Made by a program: the position numbers and the translations under genes. DNA of 57,866 bases, taken from Bacteroidales bacterium. Lineage in GTDB: Bacteria > Bacteroidota > Bacteroidia > Bacteroidales > VadinHA17. The stretch spans positions 1 through 57,866 of the forward strand of contig JAAYQC010000085.1 in the NCBI GenBank assembly GCA_012519515.1, written 5' to 3'. This document shows, piece by piece, positions 28,263 to 38,342 of the stretch (the first letter of the stretch is position 1; each line of letters starts with the position of its first letter). The notes under the pieces were generated by a model, which did no database searches, was not told the origin of the DNA, and worked only from the letters and a program-made list of their open reading frames with translations.

Positions 28263-29108
28263 TTATTTTTTTACCGTGGAATCGTTCCTTATAACAACTA
28301 CCGGCATTGTCATGCCCATTGATTCAATATTAAATTCACCTGTAATTTTCATAGAGGATGACTGACTCATCAATATGCCGTCACTGATTGCCACCAGGCA
28401 TTCCGAAGTTATTGAAAAGGGTCCCTTGATACTAAGGTCCATCCCCTGGGCCTGAAGGCTCATTTTAAAAGTCCCGGTTCCTTCCTTGGTAATTCTGGCA
28501 CATTCAACTCCATCAACCATTTCAATGGCTTCCAGCTTGTTTATAATATTGCTGATTAGGGTCCGATCCATCGCGGCAGTCTTCATGGCTGAGGAATCGG
28601 AGGTGTTCCATGTGTCTCCGGGTTTCACGGGATTTTCAGGAAGCAGCGGGAAGAAATCATGGAGTGACTCGGAAAGGTTTGATTCGCCACTGCCTTCAAC
28701 GTTAAAAACAATGGCTTCGGCACCGGAGAGATCTACAGCTTTACCGTATGGGGAAACAACAATTTTGCAGGTTTTGCCTTTAATGCCCATAATCGGACCG
28801 CCGCTGTTGCCCATAGGTGAATCGGAACTCTGCCCGAGAGTGTCAACGGTTATTTCCAGCACAAGATCTTTGCCCTGCAAACCGGCTTGTTTAACACTGC
28901 AGCCGAAGGCAGACGTTACGTCAATCTGCATGGTCTGACCCTGCATGTCAATTATCTGAGCCATCTCGCTCGTGGAAGAATAACTTACAGGCTTGTCAGC
29001 AGAATACTTGTAAGCAATCGTCACCTCCTGTGACAGGAGTGAAAAAGACAGGCCGGATAACAAAAGGATGAGTCCGGTCAGAGTGGTTGATTTTTTTAGT
29101 TGATTCAT
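28263..29108 (-). CDS. Secreted hypothetical protein
   Basis: Signal peptide (LTGLILLLSGLSFSLLSQ) on a 281-aa protein with no recognised motif. Confidence 0.55.
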   Translation of the reverse strand: MNQLKKSTTLTGLILLLSGLSFSLLSQEVTIAYKYSADKPVSYSSTSEMAQIIDMQGQTMQIDVTSAFGCSVKQAGLQGKDLVLEITVDTLGQSSDSPMGNSGGPIMGIKGKTCKIVVSPYGKAVDLSGAEAIVFNVEGSGESNLSESLHDFFPLLPENPVKPGDTWNTSDSSAMKTAAMDRTLISNIINKLEAIEMVDGVECARITKEGTGTFKMSLQAQGMDLSIKGPFSITSECLVAISDGILMSQSSSMKITGEFNIESMGMTMPVVVIRNDSTVKK

Positions 29109-29333
29109 GGCATAAGGTTTAAATGACTAAAATAACTCGGTAGGAAATAAAATAAAGCTTCCATGTACAATACACACAAATACGCGATTATGTAATTTTC
29201 AGCCTGGTACAGGTACTGCGCCTGGACGGGGTACCGTTAAAACTTTAATTAGATTATGATGTAAATTTAGGAATAATTAGTCACATACAGCTTACAGCAA
29301 TGAAAATATTAACAATAGCGGGCTTCCCTCACC

Positions 29334-29370
29334 GTAATGATGAGTAATGATGAGTAATGATGAGTAATGC
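29334..29370. repeat. Tandem decamer (GTAATGATGA) x3 plus a partial copy
   Basis: Three perfect 10-bp units at 29334-29363, followed by GTAATGC. The array lies 13 nt beyond the stop of the minus-strand gene at 29383. Confidence 0.9.
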
Positions 29371-29382
29371 CAAATAATGAAG

Positions 29383-30042
29383 TTACTTGAGATAGATCTT
29401 CAGAACCCCGTTTGCTCCCATTGATCCGTACAAGGTTGTTCCCACATCGTCTATAAACTCGATCGATCGTATGTACTCGGTATCAATAAAGGAGATATCG
29501 GATACGATTTTGTCGTCAACCACCAGCAGAACCTGAGGATTCATGTCGAATGACTTTCTCTTGGTGTTTACAATCGTATTGCCCTGGACTCTCACATTGT
29601 ATATCTCACCTGCAATGGCTTCATATACCGATTTGTATTTGGAGTAATCCTTCACACGCTTTCCCTGTCCTGATGTGAGAGCATCTTTCAGGACACGCTC
29701 TGCAATATGGCCATTGCTGATGGCTTCATTGGAACTCCCGGGATCGCCCCTGTAAATCAGATCGATTTTGTATAGCGATTCCCCTTTCACTTTCTGCTTC
29801 CGCGGAATAAATCCGGATGCCGAAACCTTCAGAACATCCTTTTTCATGCACAAAAGGGAAAACATTCCGGTAGAATCGGTCTTCGCCGTCTCTCCCGTTT
29901 TGGAGGAGACAACAAGCACATTATTCAGTGGGATCGTCTTGAATGAGGTCACCACACCGCTGATCCGAATCTTATCCTGTGAATAAGCCGGATTTAATAC
30001 CAATATTAATAGTAAAGCTGTGAGAATCGGTTTTATCTTCAT
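29383..30042 (-). CDS. Secreted protein with an N-terminal carboxypeptidase-regulatory-like (CarboxypepD_reg) domain
   Basis: The internal ATG at 30042 gives MKIKPILTALLLILVLNPAYSQ. It is followed by IRISGVVTS...PLNNVLVV, typical of the CarboxypepD_reg fold. Confidence 0.6.
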   Translation of the reverse strand: MKIKPILTALLLILVLNPAYSQDKIRISGVVTSFKTIPLNNVLVVSSKTGETAKTDSTGMFSLLCMKKDVLKVSASGFIPRKQKVKGESLYKIDLIYRGDPGSSNEAISNGHIAERVLKDALTSGQGKRVKDYSKYKSVYEAIAGEIYNVRVQGNTIVNTKRKSFDMNPQVLLVVDDKIVSDISFIDTEYIRSIEFIDDVGTTLYGSMGANGVLKIYLK

Positions 30043-30335
30043 GTCATTTCTTATATTAACTACGAATATAATAAGAATTTTAATTGTACTTAGAAAAAGA
30101 TGAAGGATTTTGACGATCTTAATCCGGGAAATAAATCCGGGAGAGCGGATAATCATCTTCTTCCTGCTTATTTATAATGATTCTATAATAGATCATTGTT
30201 TTTGTTTTATACATAAATGGAACTATCTTGCGACATTTTTAAAAACAGGTGTTTATGAAACCGGTGGAACAAAGAGAATTATACGATTACAAGACAACTG
30301 ACTCATAAATGAACTATAAGGCAGTATAAGATACA

Positions 30336-30362
30336 AGGGAGCTTTATGGCTCCCTTTTTTTT
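30336..30362 (+). terminator. Rho-independent terminator with no annotated upstream gene
   Basis: Stem GGGAGC (30337-30342) / GCTCCC (30349-30354), then a T8 run (30355-30362). Confidence 0.65.
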
Positions 30363-30391
30363 AAATCAAATTTTAAACATTAATTTTTGAA

Positions 30392-30652
30392 ATGGAAATG
30401 ATCAGAGCAAATGCAGTAAAGATTTTAACGGACAACATGAATCACGTGAACGGTCAGATAAACGTTCAGGCAGGTCCCGACGGTGGAAGCCGGAATCAAT
30501 TGTTTACTCTCAAGAGCTATGTTGAGAATGAAGCCAAAAACAATCCTAATTTCTTCAGATGGCTTTTCAACAATTATGATATTGACTTCCATGGGAAAAA
30601 CATGACTTCCGAACAGAAGGAAGCGTATGAAGCATGGTTCAGTGAACTGTAA
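30392..30652 (+). CDS. Small hypothetical protein (86 aa)
   Basis: Only the ORF and its position between a terminator and the next gene support it. No family was recognised. Confidence 0.4.
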   Translation: MEMIRANAVKILTDNMNHVNGQINVQAGPDGGSRNQLFTLKSYVENEAKNNPNFFRWLFNNYDIDFHGKNMTSEQKEAYEAWFSEL

Positions 30653-30825
30653 CTGTAGAAGAGTATTTTCTTCAGAATCAAATCTGTTTTCACAAAAATA
30701 TTTTGTATTTTAGGACTCTAAGGATGCGTGGCCCTTGTGACTAATCAAGGGCTTCGCGTGCTTTCTATATCAACGGGTCAGGCACTGTCCTTTTAAGACA
30801 TTTTCTGATTAAAACATAAAAGGAA

Positions 30826-31236
30826 ATGAACAAGATTACATTAAGCCGGCTGGATCATATCAGGATCCTGAAGAACATAGACAACGCGAAGCTGTCGGGT
30901 ACTATAAATGCAGCCGAAGCCGAAGAACTGCTTAAGGAGCTGGGCAATGCCACCATTGTTGAACCACAGGATATACCCTCAGATGTTGTTACCATGAATT
31001 CAGAGGTAAAAATATGCTTCGCGAATACCAAAAAGCCAGTAACCTTTAAAATTGTATACCCCGAACAGGCAAACATCAGGGAAAATAAAATATCCATTTT
31101 CTCACCAATAGCCACTGCCCTTATCGGATACCGGGTTGGAGATGAAATAGAATGGATAGTGCCCGCCGGCCTCACGAGGATACGGATTGAAGATATTATA
31201 TACCAACCCGAGGCTGCCGGGGAATATGACGTGTAA
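30826..31236 (+). CDS. GreA/GreB-family protein, Rnk-like (regulator of nucleoside diphosphate kinase type)
   Basis: 136 aa. The C-terminal block ISIFSPIATALIGYRVGDEIEW matches the GreA/GreB C-terminal domain. The coiled-coil N-terminal domain is shortened. Confidence 0.75.
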   Translation: MNKITLSRLDHIRILKNIDNAKLSGTINAAEAEELLKELGNATIVEPQDIPSDVVTMNSEVKICFANTKKPVTFKIVYPEQANIRENKISIFSPIATALIGYRVGDEIEWIVPAGLTRIRIEDIIYQPEAAGEYDV

Positions 31237-31245
31237 AGAGAGAAA

Positions 31246-31279
31246 AGCCCGGCACTGACGTACCAGGGCTTTTTATTTT
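31246..31279. terminator. Bidirectional hairpin terminator between the rnk-like gene and tRNA-Pro
   Basis: AGCCCGG ... CCAGGGCT stem with one bulge. TTTTTATTTT follows on the + strand and TTTTCTCTCTTT on the minus strand. Confidence 0.6.
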
Positions 31280-31280
31280 G

Positions 31281-31355
<75 letters not shown>

Positions 31356-31583
31356 ATAACTATTTCAAATATTCTGACTGACTTAAATATTCTTCCGTTT
31401 TTACCTGACGCTCAGTGCCAGTTTCAAACGATGGCGCAAAAATATCATTTATTTTTAATTTCGCATCATACCCCGTAAAATTAAGAAGTCCGGTGACAGA
31501 GACTGTCCCGGACTTCATCCACATTCCGAAGAGCCACTTTTCCTGCTTCTGGATTTATTTAACTTAACTGATCAGAATGCGTT

Positions 31584-34124
31584 TTAATGCAGGAAGGTAA
31601 CATCACCGACCTTGGTGAAATAATCACCGTCGGCATACCTCCCAGTAACTTTCCATACATAAACCCCCTGGACAGCAAGCTTCCCATCCCTGCTGTAACC
31701 GTCCCATCCCTGGTAAAGGTCGCTGCTTTCATAAATCAACACACCCCACCTGTTGAAGATCTGAAGCTTATATTCAGAAACGTTCTCATAGAAGGGCCTG
31801 AAAACATAATCCATCTCCGGATAACAGCCGGGCCTCCAGAATCCGCCGGTCGGACCGGTTTCATTCCACTTGAAGACATTCGGAAAGTCAATATCACCTA
31901 CCTTCCAGTCAACCCTGACCGGTGTCGCCAGTTGAGCGGAATCAATACATCCGTCCTTCGATGTCACGATTAGTGTCACTATATAACTCCCCTGCTCCAT
32001 ATACTTGTGATATGGATTCTTCTCCTCCGATGTCATCCCGTCACCAAAGCGCCAGAATGAAATCGAGTCATGCATACTGTTGTTTGAAAAGACAACTACC
32101 TGCTCGTTGTTGATCACATCGGTAGGATAAGCTTCCAGAATGGCTGTCGGATTCTGATAAACCGTTACTATGCCGTTGTGAACCGATTCGCCGGCAATAT
32201 TGTAAACGATGAGTTTGACAATGTAGCTACCCGGTACATAATAAGTGTGAACCGGATTTTCCTTTACTGAATACTGCCCGTCGCCAAAACCCCACATATA
32301 GGTTTCGCCATAAAGACTCTTGTTGGTAAACTGCACTGTCAGAGGCGAACATCCAACAGTGTCGGGCGAAAAATCAGCAACAGGAAGCGGAGGCATGAGA
32401 ACCTGAATATGAATGGTGTCGGTTCCGTAACAGCCGTATTTGTCCATAATGGTTTCATAGCTGATCACGTGTGTGCCCAGACCGGCCTCGGCAGGATCAA
32501 AGACATAACCGGTGACGGCCGGACCTGAAAAGATTCCGCCGGCAGGTGTGGCAGTGAGGTTGATGGCAGGACCGTTTATATACACTGTCCCTACCCTGTT
32601 GATATCCACTACCGGTATCGGGACCACAGTAATATCTTCCGTGTCGGAGTCGCTGCATTCGGGATTTACAATGCTGTAGTGTATCGTATGCGTACCGGGA
32701 CCTGCAATTGCAGGATCAAACTTGTCATCCGTCACGCCCGGACCTGACCAGACACCTCCCATATCGTGAGCGATAAGGGTAATCGGGGCATGATTAATGC
32801 AAAGGGTATCAATCGGGATGATTGTTGCATCGGGTGTTGCCACCGTTATCGTTATCAGGTCGGAGTCCATGCAACCGTTGGAATCAACAATCTTGTACTC
32901 AATCTGATGATTGCCATAGCCCGATATTGCCGGGTTGAAAATATTCCCCGTCACTCCAGGTCCACTCCAGATTCCTCCATCACTTGCAGCAGTAAGAGTT
33001 ATCGTGGTGTCGGTGATACACAATGTCGGTACCGGATCGATGGTTGCATCAGGCACTGGCATAACTTTTACAATTGCCGTATCAGTGTCGCTGCAGCCTT
33101 CTGCATTTGTTATATTATACCTGATAATATGGCTTCCGACACCGGCAACAGAAGGATCGAACTTATTTCCCGACACACCCTTGCCCGACCAGTTTCCACC
33201 CGGATCATGGGCGGTAAGTGTCACCGGCGGTGCATTGGCGCACATACGGGCAACAGGATCGATGGTGGCATCAGGATAATCAACAATAAGGATTATCGCG
33301 GTAGTCTCCACCGGGGGATTATCGCCGTTAACACGGTCCTTCGGAGGACCAGGTATATTCGGATCATCATAGGGATTACAGTAATTCCAGTTTCTAAGCG
33401 TGACCTGGAAATATTCCCCTACATTCTTATCAGCGGCGACATTTATTACCTTCGACATCACGCCCGAACCGGTTACAGGTCCGGTCAGCGTGATAACATT
33501 GTCCGTATAGGGATAGCTCCTCGATCTACCTTCAATGGTAACGGGCTGCCCCGTCATAGTTATATCTGTACCGTATATCCATTGTATCCATCGGGTATTG
33601 ATATTCGGGTTGTCTCTCTCCTGGGGCGGTACGCAGTTGAATTGCGTAAGGTCCTGAAAACGCACATTAGCGCTGTTTCCATAACAGACAGGATATATCT
33701 CTGGATTGATGTGCATGTTGCCCCCGTTATGGTCGTCATCGTCCCATACCGTGACAATCTGCTCCTGGGTCGACGAAGTGCAGAGCGTTCCGTTGACAAT
33801 AAGGGTGGCTTTAGGATGATAATTGCAAATTCGTCCGGCAGATGTATAGGTATTAGAGGCAGTGGCGGAAAAAACTCCGGGTCCAGACTGAATTGCCGGA
33901 ACCGTGACAACTGAACCGTTATCCCAGTCAAGTCTTATCTCAACCGGGGTGCCGGCATTGTTCACTCCGGTATAGCTGACAGTCCACGATACCGTAACGG
34001 GAGAACACAACTTGTCGGGTGTAATATTATTTGCTTTTGAAATAATTGTGCAGGTCTGTCCCGAAAGATTTGCCGAGAATATGCACAATAACAGGAAAAG
34101 TATAAAATTTCTCATAAACCTCAA
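31584..34124 (-). CDS. Cell-surface adhesin-like protein with four tandem ~72-aa modules, two PKD domains and a type B T9SS sorting domain
   Basis: A signal peptide is present. Repeats of PDATIDPV..LC....ITLTA...GG.WSGPGVTGN.F.P..AG.G.H.I.Y span aa 283-576. PKD motifs are WGFGDG and WRFGDG. The C-terminus (FPNVF...IFNRWG...GWDG...GVYVW) matches the gliding-motility-associated CTD. Confidence 0.8.
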   Translation of the reverse strand: MRFMRNFILFLLLCIFSANLSGQTCTIISKANNITPDKLCSPVTVSWTVSYTGVNNAGTPVEIRLDWDNGSVVTVPAIQSGPGVFSATASNTYTSAGRICNYHPKATLIVNGTLCTSSTQEQIVTVWDDDDHNGGNMHINPEIYPVCYGNSANVRFQDLTQFNCVPPQERDNPNINTRWIQWIYGTDITMTGQPVTIEGRSRSYPYTDNVITLTGPVTGSGVMSKVINVAADKNVGEYFQVTLRNWNYCNPYDDPNIPGPPKDRVNGDNPPVETTAIILIVDYPDATIDPVARMCANAPPVTLTAHDPGGNWSGKGVSGNKFDPSVAGVGSHIIRYNITNAEGCSDTDTAIVKVMPVPDATIDPVPTLCITDTTITLTAASDGGIWSGPGVTGNIFNPAISGYGNHQIEYKIVDSNGCMDSDLITITVATPDATIIPIDTLCINHAPITLIAHDMGGVWSGPGVTDDKFDPAIAGPGTHTIHYSIVNPECSDSDTEDITVVPIPVVDINRVGTVYINGPAINLTATPAGGIFSGPAVTGYVFDPAEAGLGTHVISYETIMDKYGCYGTDTIHIQVLMPPLPVADFSPDTVGCSPLTVQFTNKSLYGETYMWGFGDGQYSVKENPVHTYYVPGSYIVKLIVYNIAGESVHNGIVTVYQNPTAILEAYPTDVINNEQVVVFSNNSMHDSISFWRFGDGMTSEEKNPYHKYMEQGSYIVTLIVTSKDGCIDSAQLATPVRVDWKVGDIDFPNVFKWNETGPTGGFWRPGCYPEMDYVFRPFYENVSEYKLQIFNRWGVLIYESSDLYQGWDGYSRDGKLAVQGVYVWKVTGRYADGDYFTKVGDVTFLH

Positions 34125-34358
34125 AGCTTTAGTTCATTCTATGAACCACAACTTCTTAAGGTACAATATGCCCGCCCTGAAGCCAAGATGCTTTGTCATA
34201 TGGACAAATAACAGCAAACCTCAATCTTATAATGCTGATATTGACTTTCAATTATTATCCCAATAAAAACGGACAGCCACCTGAATTATTACTCAGGACA
34301 CATTAATATATATGATTTTTACGGGACAAGGCAATCCCGCTATTTAGGCTTTATGCCT

Positions 34359-34742
34359 TTACTCCGCCATCAATTCGATAATATTTCCTTCCGGATCGAG
34401 AATGACGCTCTCATAGTAACCGTCGCCTGTATCTCTTGGCATGCCTTTCACTTTGTATCCGTCCTTCTCAAAACGGGCTGTCATGCTGTCGACTTTTTCC
34501 CTGCTTCCAACAACAATGGCGATATGGGCTATGCCTATTGTCTCTCCGCATCTGCTCCCTGTAATATCATTCCTTTTCATCAGCTCTATTCTCGCCCCTG
34601 ATGAAAAGGAAATAAAATATGAAGAGAATCCTTTCCTGACATTTATATACTTCGGACCTGCAGTGCATTCGAAGTATCTGAGAAAAAATTCCTTTTCCCT
34701 TTCAAGATCTTCAGTCCAGATGGCAACATGATCAATATACAT
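34359..34742 (-). CDS. VOC-family (glyoxalase/bleomycin-resistance fold) protein
   Basis: 127 aa. IDHVAIWTEDLE and GIAHIAIVV are the paired beta-alpha-beta-beta-beta module signatures. Confidence 0.75.
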   Translation of the reverse strand: MYIDHVAIWTEDLEREKEFFLRYFECTAGPKYINVRKGFSSYFISFSSGARIELMKRNDITGSRCGETIGIAHIAIVVGSREKVDSMTARFEKDGYKVKGMPRDTGDGYYESVILDPEGNIIELMAE

Positions 34743-34902
34743 ACAATCAAATAGTTAGTTTAACAGTTCAGTTATTTCATCTTCGTGAGCCGGTCGTCAT
34801 TCGTCAAAGACTGTGAAAAAAATGTAACATTAGGGAACAAGATACGTAAAAACGAATCAGAAGCACTTCTTAACTGCACAGTGCCGTCAACCCAAGATGC
34901 AT

Positions 34903-34924
34903 GAGACGCCTGCCCCGGCGTCTC
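34903..34924. terminator. GC-rich hairpin immediately 3' of the minus-strand gene ending at 34931
   Basis: Perfect 8-bp stem GAGACGCC / GGCGTCTC with a 6-nt loop. The T-run is on the + side only. Confidence 0.45.
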
Positions 34925-34930
34925 TTCTTT

Positions 34931-35545
34931 TTAATCCACCCTGACTTTTACAACTACCTTCCTTACTGGTGAGTTCTCCCCATCCTTAAGACCTGGCATG
35001 TGTGCATCGTCGGGAAAGAAAATAAAAAATCGCGATGGATTTGCCGGACGGTTTTCTCCGCCGCTCACGGTAAAAAACTCGATGTCGTTTGCCTGGTTGT
35101 ATGACTCAAGCTCTGTTATTTTAGCCGATATGGGAGCCACTCCGATAAGTTCCTTTCCGCTTATCACGTATTGAATATCTATATATGCCCTGTGAGCCTC
35201 GTGGCGGGCATCCTCCTCGTTTTTTGTAATGTACTCGCTGACAGGAGCATAAACATTATCTCCGTCAATATCATAACGTTTCAGCTCGAGCGTCGAAAGG
35301 TCATTGTCGCGAAGAAAGGCGAAGGCCTTGTCCCATCTCTCCCTGTGTCTGAAATAGGAAATCGCAAATGATTTCCTGTTTATCGACTCATCAGGAACTG
35401 CCTCCCAGCCTCCAAGCCATTCTCCTTTTTCAAACCACTGATCAATCTTCCCGCTGCTCCATCCCGCGGGATCTGAAGAGCCGGAACAACTGTATAATCC
35501 GGTTAAACTTGCCATTGCAATGAGTATTAGAAGTATTTTCTTCAT
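34931..35545 (-). CDS. YhcH/YjgK/YiaL (DUF386, EbgC-like) family protein with a lipoprotein signal
   Basis: The internal ATG at 35545 gives MKKILLILIAMASLTGLYSC. The conserved block EAHRAYIDIQYVISGKELIG and the C-terminal FFPDDAH are typical of the family. Confidence 0.7.
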   Translation of the reverse strand: MKKILLILIAMASLTGLYSCSGSSDPAGWSSGKIDQWFEKGEWLGGWEAVPDESINRKSFAISYFRHRERWDKAFAFLRDNDLSTLELKRYDIDGDNVYAPVSEYITKNEEDARHEAHRAYIDIQYVISGKELIGVAPISAKITELESYNQANDIEFFTVSGGENRPANPSRFFIFFPDDAHMPGLKDGENSPVRKVVVKVRVD

Positions 35546-35790
35546 ATCGTGATGATTCTTAAATGTCAATTACAAATGTTATAAAAAATGTTCAGGATTT
35601 CATTTCCTGAACAAAAATATTCATCTTCTGACTTGCCAAGTTTATCAGACAGGGATATTACAGAGGGACCCAGGAATTAATGCACTCAGATCTTATTAAT
35701 TCAGTCAGCCGAATTTATTAAATTTGTAAGCAGGACTAATGGCTGTTATGGTTTAATCAGCCGGCCGCACACCGGCAAAAAGTTATCAAG

Positions 35791-36516
35791 ATGCAAAAAT
35801 CAATTGTTATCTGCCTATTCTTTTTCATCGCTGTCAATACATTTTCGCAGCAACTCTCTGAAGCCACCCAGAGAGTATTCATGTCGGTGGAGAATATGCA
35901 GTCGGTTATGAATCTGAATAAGATGTCCCAGACAGGGATCACATTCGATACAAGGTATGAGGGAATCAAGGGAACTCCCAGGCTGGCTGACACTCTTCTG
36001 CCATCTTTCCTGATGCTTTCCGGACAGGATTATTATTTTGAGATCAATGCAGATCTCGACCTGGTGAACAACACGATCATCTATGCCAGGTCAGGAAACA
36101 CTGCTGAGTTTTCTATTCCGGCTCAATATGTAAAGGAGGTCATTATCAATATAGACGGCAGGGAAGTCCTGTTCCGGACCACATCAGGCCGGAAATTTGA
36201 TAAGGGAATCAGGGAAAACAGGTTTTATCAGGTAATTGGAGATGGGGAATATGAATTCATAAAGGTGCCCATGAAGAATTTTGTCACAGCCGATTACAAG
36301 GGAGCCTATTCCGCCGACAGGCGATACGACGAGTATGTAAATGATACGAAGTATTATATTAAAGGCAGTGAGGGGATATTTCAGCAGGTGCAGCTTAACA
36401 AAAAATCAATTGTCAGGGCGATTCCCGAAAAGAAAGATATCATTGAAAAGGCTTTCAGCAAGGCTTCAGGCACCGACAAGGAAGCACTGGTTATATCGAT
36501 ACTTGAGCAATTCTGA
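35791..36516 (+). CDS. Secreted hypothetical protein
   Basis: Signal peptide MQKSIVICLFFFIAVNTFSQ on a 241-aa protein. No motif was recognised. Confidence 0.55.
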   Translation: MQKSIVICLFFFIAVNTFSQQLSEATQRVFMSVENMQSVMNLNKMSQTGITFDTRYEGIKGTPRLADTLLPSFLMLSGQDYYFEINADLDLVNNTIIYARSGNTAEFSIPAQYVKEVIINIDGREVLFRTTSGRKFDKGIRENRFYQVIGDGEYEFIKVPMKNFVTADYKGAYSADRRYDEYVNDTKYYIKGSEGIFQQVQLNKKSIVRAIPEKKDIIEKAFSKASGTDKEALVISILEQF

Positions 36517-36539
36517 CAAAAGGCCGGTAAGGATTCCTT

Positions 36540-37307
36540 TTATATTTTCTCCCTGAGAAGGATCTGACGAAGTTCATTAGGACTAATATTCTCCCTTATC
36601 TCTCCACCTTCCGCGACCGAAATACGACCCGATTCTTCAGACACCACTATTACCAGTGCATCGGTATGCTCCGAGATCCCTATGGCTGCCCTGTGTCTCA
36701 TCCCTAACCTTGCCGGCAGATTAACGCTGTCGGTTATGGGAAGCGGACACCGGGCTGCAAATATCTTCCCGTCTTCTATAAGAACGGCTCCGTCGTGCAG
36801 AGGTGAATTCTTGAAAAAAATTGTTTCGATCAGGCCTGCACTGATAATTGCATCTATCCTCTCTCCTCCTTCGGAATATATATCAAGACTGCTCTTACGC
36901 CCCAGAACTATCAGCGCCCCGATCTTTTTCGAAGCCATCGACTCGGCGGCCCTGACTATCTCCTCAGCTTCCCTTGGACTTCCCTTCTCCTCCTCGCCGG
37001 CGAATATCTTGCCGAAAGAAAACCTCCTCCGGTTCATATAACGGTTACCTATAACAAGGAGAAACCTGCGGACTTCCTGCTGAAACACTATAATAAGAGC
37101 TATCACTCCAACTCCGATAACCTGGCCCATCAGTGCGCTGATAAGTTCCATGTTAAGAGCCTTTACTATCAGCCAGAACATGTAAATGATGAATATCCCG
37201 ATGAATATGCTCAAGGCCGCGGTCCCCCTGATCAGCCGGTATAGCTGGTACAGAATAATAGCCACCAGGACTATATCTATTATGTCGATTATTGTAATAT
37301 TAAGCAT
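36540..37307 (-). CDS. cdaA: Diadenylate cyclase (membrane-anchored CdaA type)
   Basis: Three N-terminal TM helices, then a DAC domain with HDGAVLI and GMRHRAA motifs. Confidence 0.9.
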   Translation of the reverse strand: MLNITIIDIIDIVLVAIILYQLYRLIRGTAALSIFIGIFIIYMFWLIVKALNMELISALMGQVIGVGVIALIIVFQQEVRRFLLVIGNRYMNRRRFSFGKIFAGEEEKGSPREAEEIVRAAESMASKKIGALIVLGRKSSLDIYSEGGERIDAIISAGLIETIFFKNSPLHDGAVLIEDGKIFAARCPLPITDSVNLPARLGMRHRAAIGISEHTDALVIVVSEESGRISVAEGGEIRENISPNELRQILLREKI

Positions 37308-37312
37308 CTTGT

Positions 37313-38164
37313 TTACTTAGCACTGTTTTTCAGTTTCATGACAAGCTTCACTGCCTGAACCGCTTCTTTTACATCATGAACTCTCAGAATATCAGCTCCT
37401 TCAAGAAGAGCCACGGTATTCAGCACTGTTGTCCCGTTCAGGGCTTCCCCGGGAGATATTCCAAGTGTTTCCCAAATCATTGTCTTCCTTGAAACACCCA
37501 CCAGAACAGGCAGTCCGATTATCGAAAAATCACCGAGATGCCTGAGGAGTTCAAAGTTATGTCCGGAATTCTTTCCAAATCCGAAGCCCGGATCAATAAT
37601 AATGTCATTCACTCCCATCGACTGAAGCTTTACCGTCCTTTCGCCGAACCATTTTATTATATCGGCTGTTATGTCGTCATACCTGGGATTTTGCTGCATC
37701 CAGGCAGGTTTGCCCTGCATATGCATTATTATGTAGGGGACCTGCAGGCGGGAAACAGTCTGGAACATATTACTGTCGGCCTCTCCTCCCGCGATATCGT
37801 TTATCATCCCTGCCCCGTGCTCCACAATTGCTTCTTCCGCGATTTCGCTTCTGAAAGTATCAACCGAAATTGCCACTCGCGGGAACTCGCGGCTTATAGC
37901 CCTGACAGCAGTGATCACCCGCTTCTTTTCTTCTTCGGGAGGTATCTCGGCAGCTCCGGGCCGTGACGACCATCCGCCGATATCTATGAAATCAGCGCCG
38001 TCCTCAAGCATCCTTCCTGCTTTTTCTATTATTTCAGCCTCCGATTCCACCCTGCTTTCGCTGAAAAATGAATCGGGAGTGACATTGATAATCCCCATTA
38101 CCCTGGGAACCGACAGATCGATAAGCCGACCCCTGACATTTATAGAAAACGGTTTGTCAGTCAT
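37313..38164 (-). CDS. folP: Dihydropteroate synthase
   Basis: Pterin-binding domain motifs GADFIDIGG.SSRPG, ISVDT, INDI and DPGFGFGK. Confidence 0.9.
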   Translation of the reverse strand: MTDKPFSINVRGRLIDLSVPRVMGIINVTPDSFFSESRVESEAEIIEKAGRMLEDGADFIDIGGWSSRPGAAEIPPEEEKKRVITAVRAISREFPRVAISVDTFRSEIAEEAIVEHGAGMINDIAGGEADSNMFQTVSRLQVPYIIMHMQGKPAWMQQNPRYDDITADIIKWFGERTVKLQSMGVNDIIIDPGFGFGKNSGHNFELLRHLGDFSIIGLPVLVGVSRKTMIWETLGISPGEALNGTTVLNTVALLEGADILRVHDVKEAVQAVKLVMKLKNSAK

Positions 38165-38312
38165 AACAGCATTTTTCAGGCCCCTAAATTACAACTTTTT
38201 TCCCTCAGACCCTTTCAGCATGGCATAATCTTCTTCATTGAATGTTAATTACATTGCAAGGGATTCAAAATAAATTAAATCCCGATCAGTTTTCATCTTA
38301 AGGGATGATTAT

Positions 38313-38320
38313 TACTTTTG
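38313..38320 (+). promoter_or_regulatory. Candidate -7 box (TACTTTTG) upstream of tmk
   Basis: TAnnTTTG match 23 nt upstream of ATG 38343. Confidence 0.3.
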
Positions 38321-38342
38321 CATCAGTTGAAATCGGGAACGC

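Noticed and set aside
32766-33914. 382-aa + strand ORF
   Set aside because: It lies entirely antisense to the well-supported T9SS adhesin gene. Its translation is R/G/I/C-rich with no motif, and it arises from the repeat codon bias.
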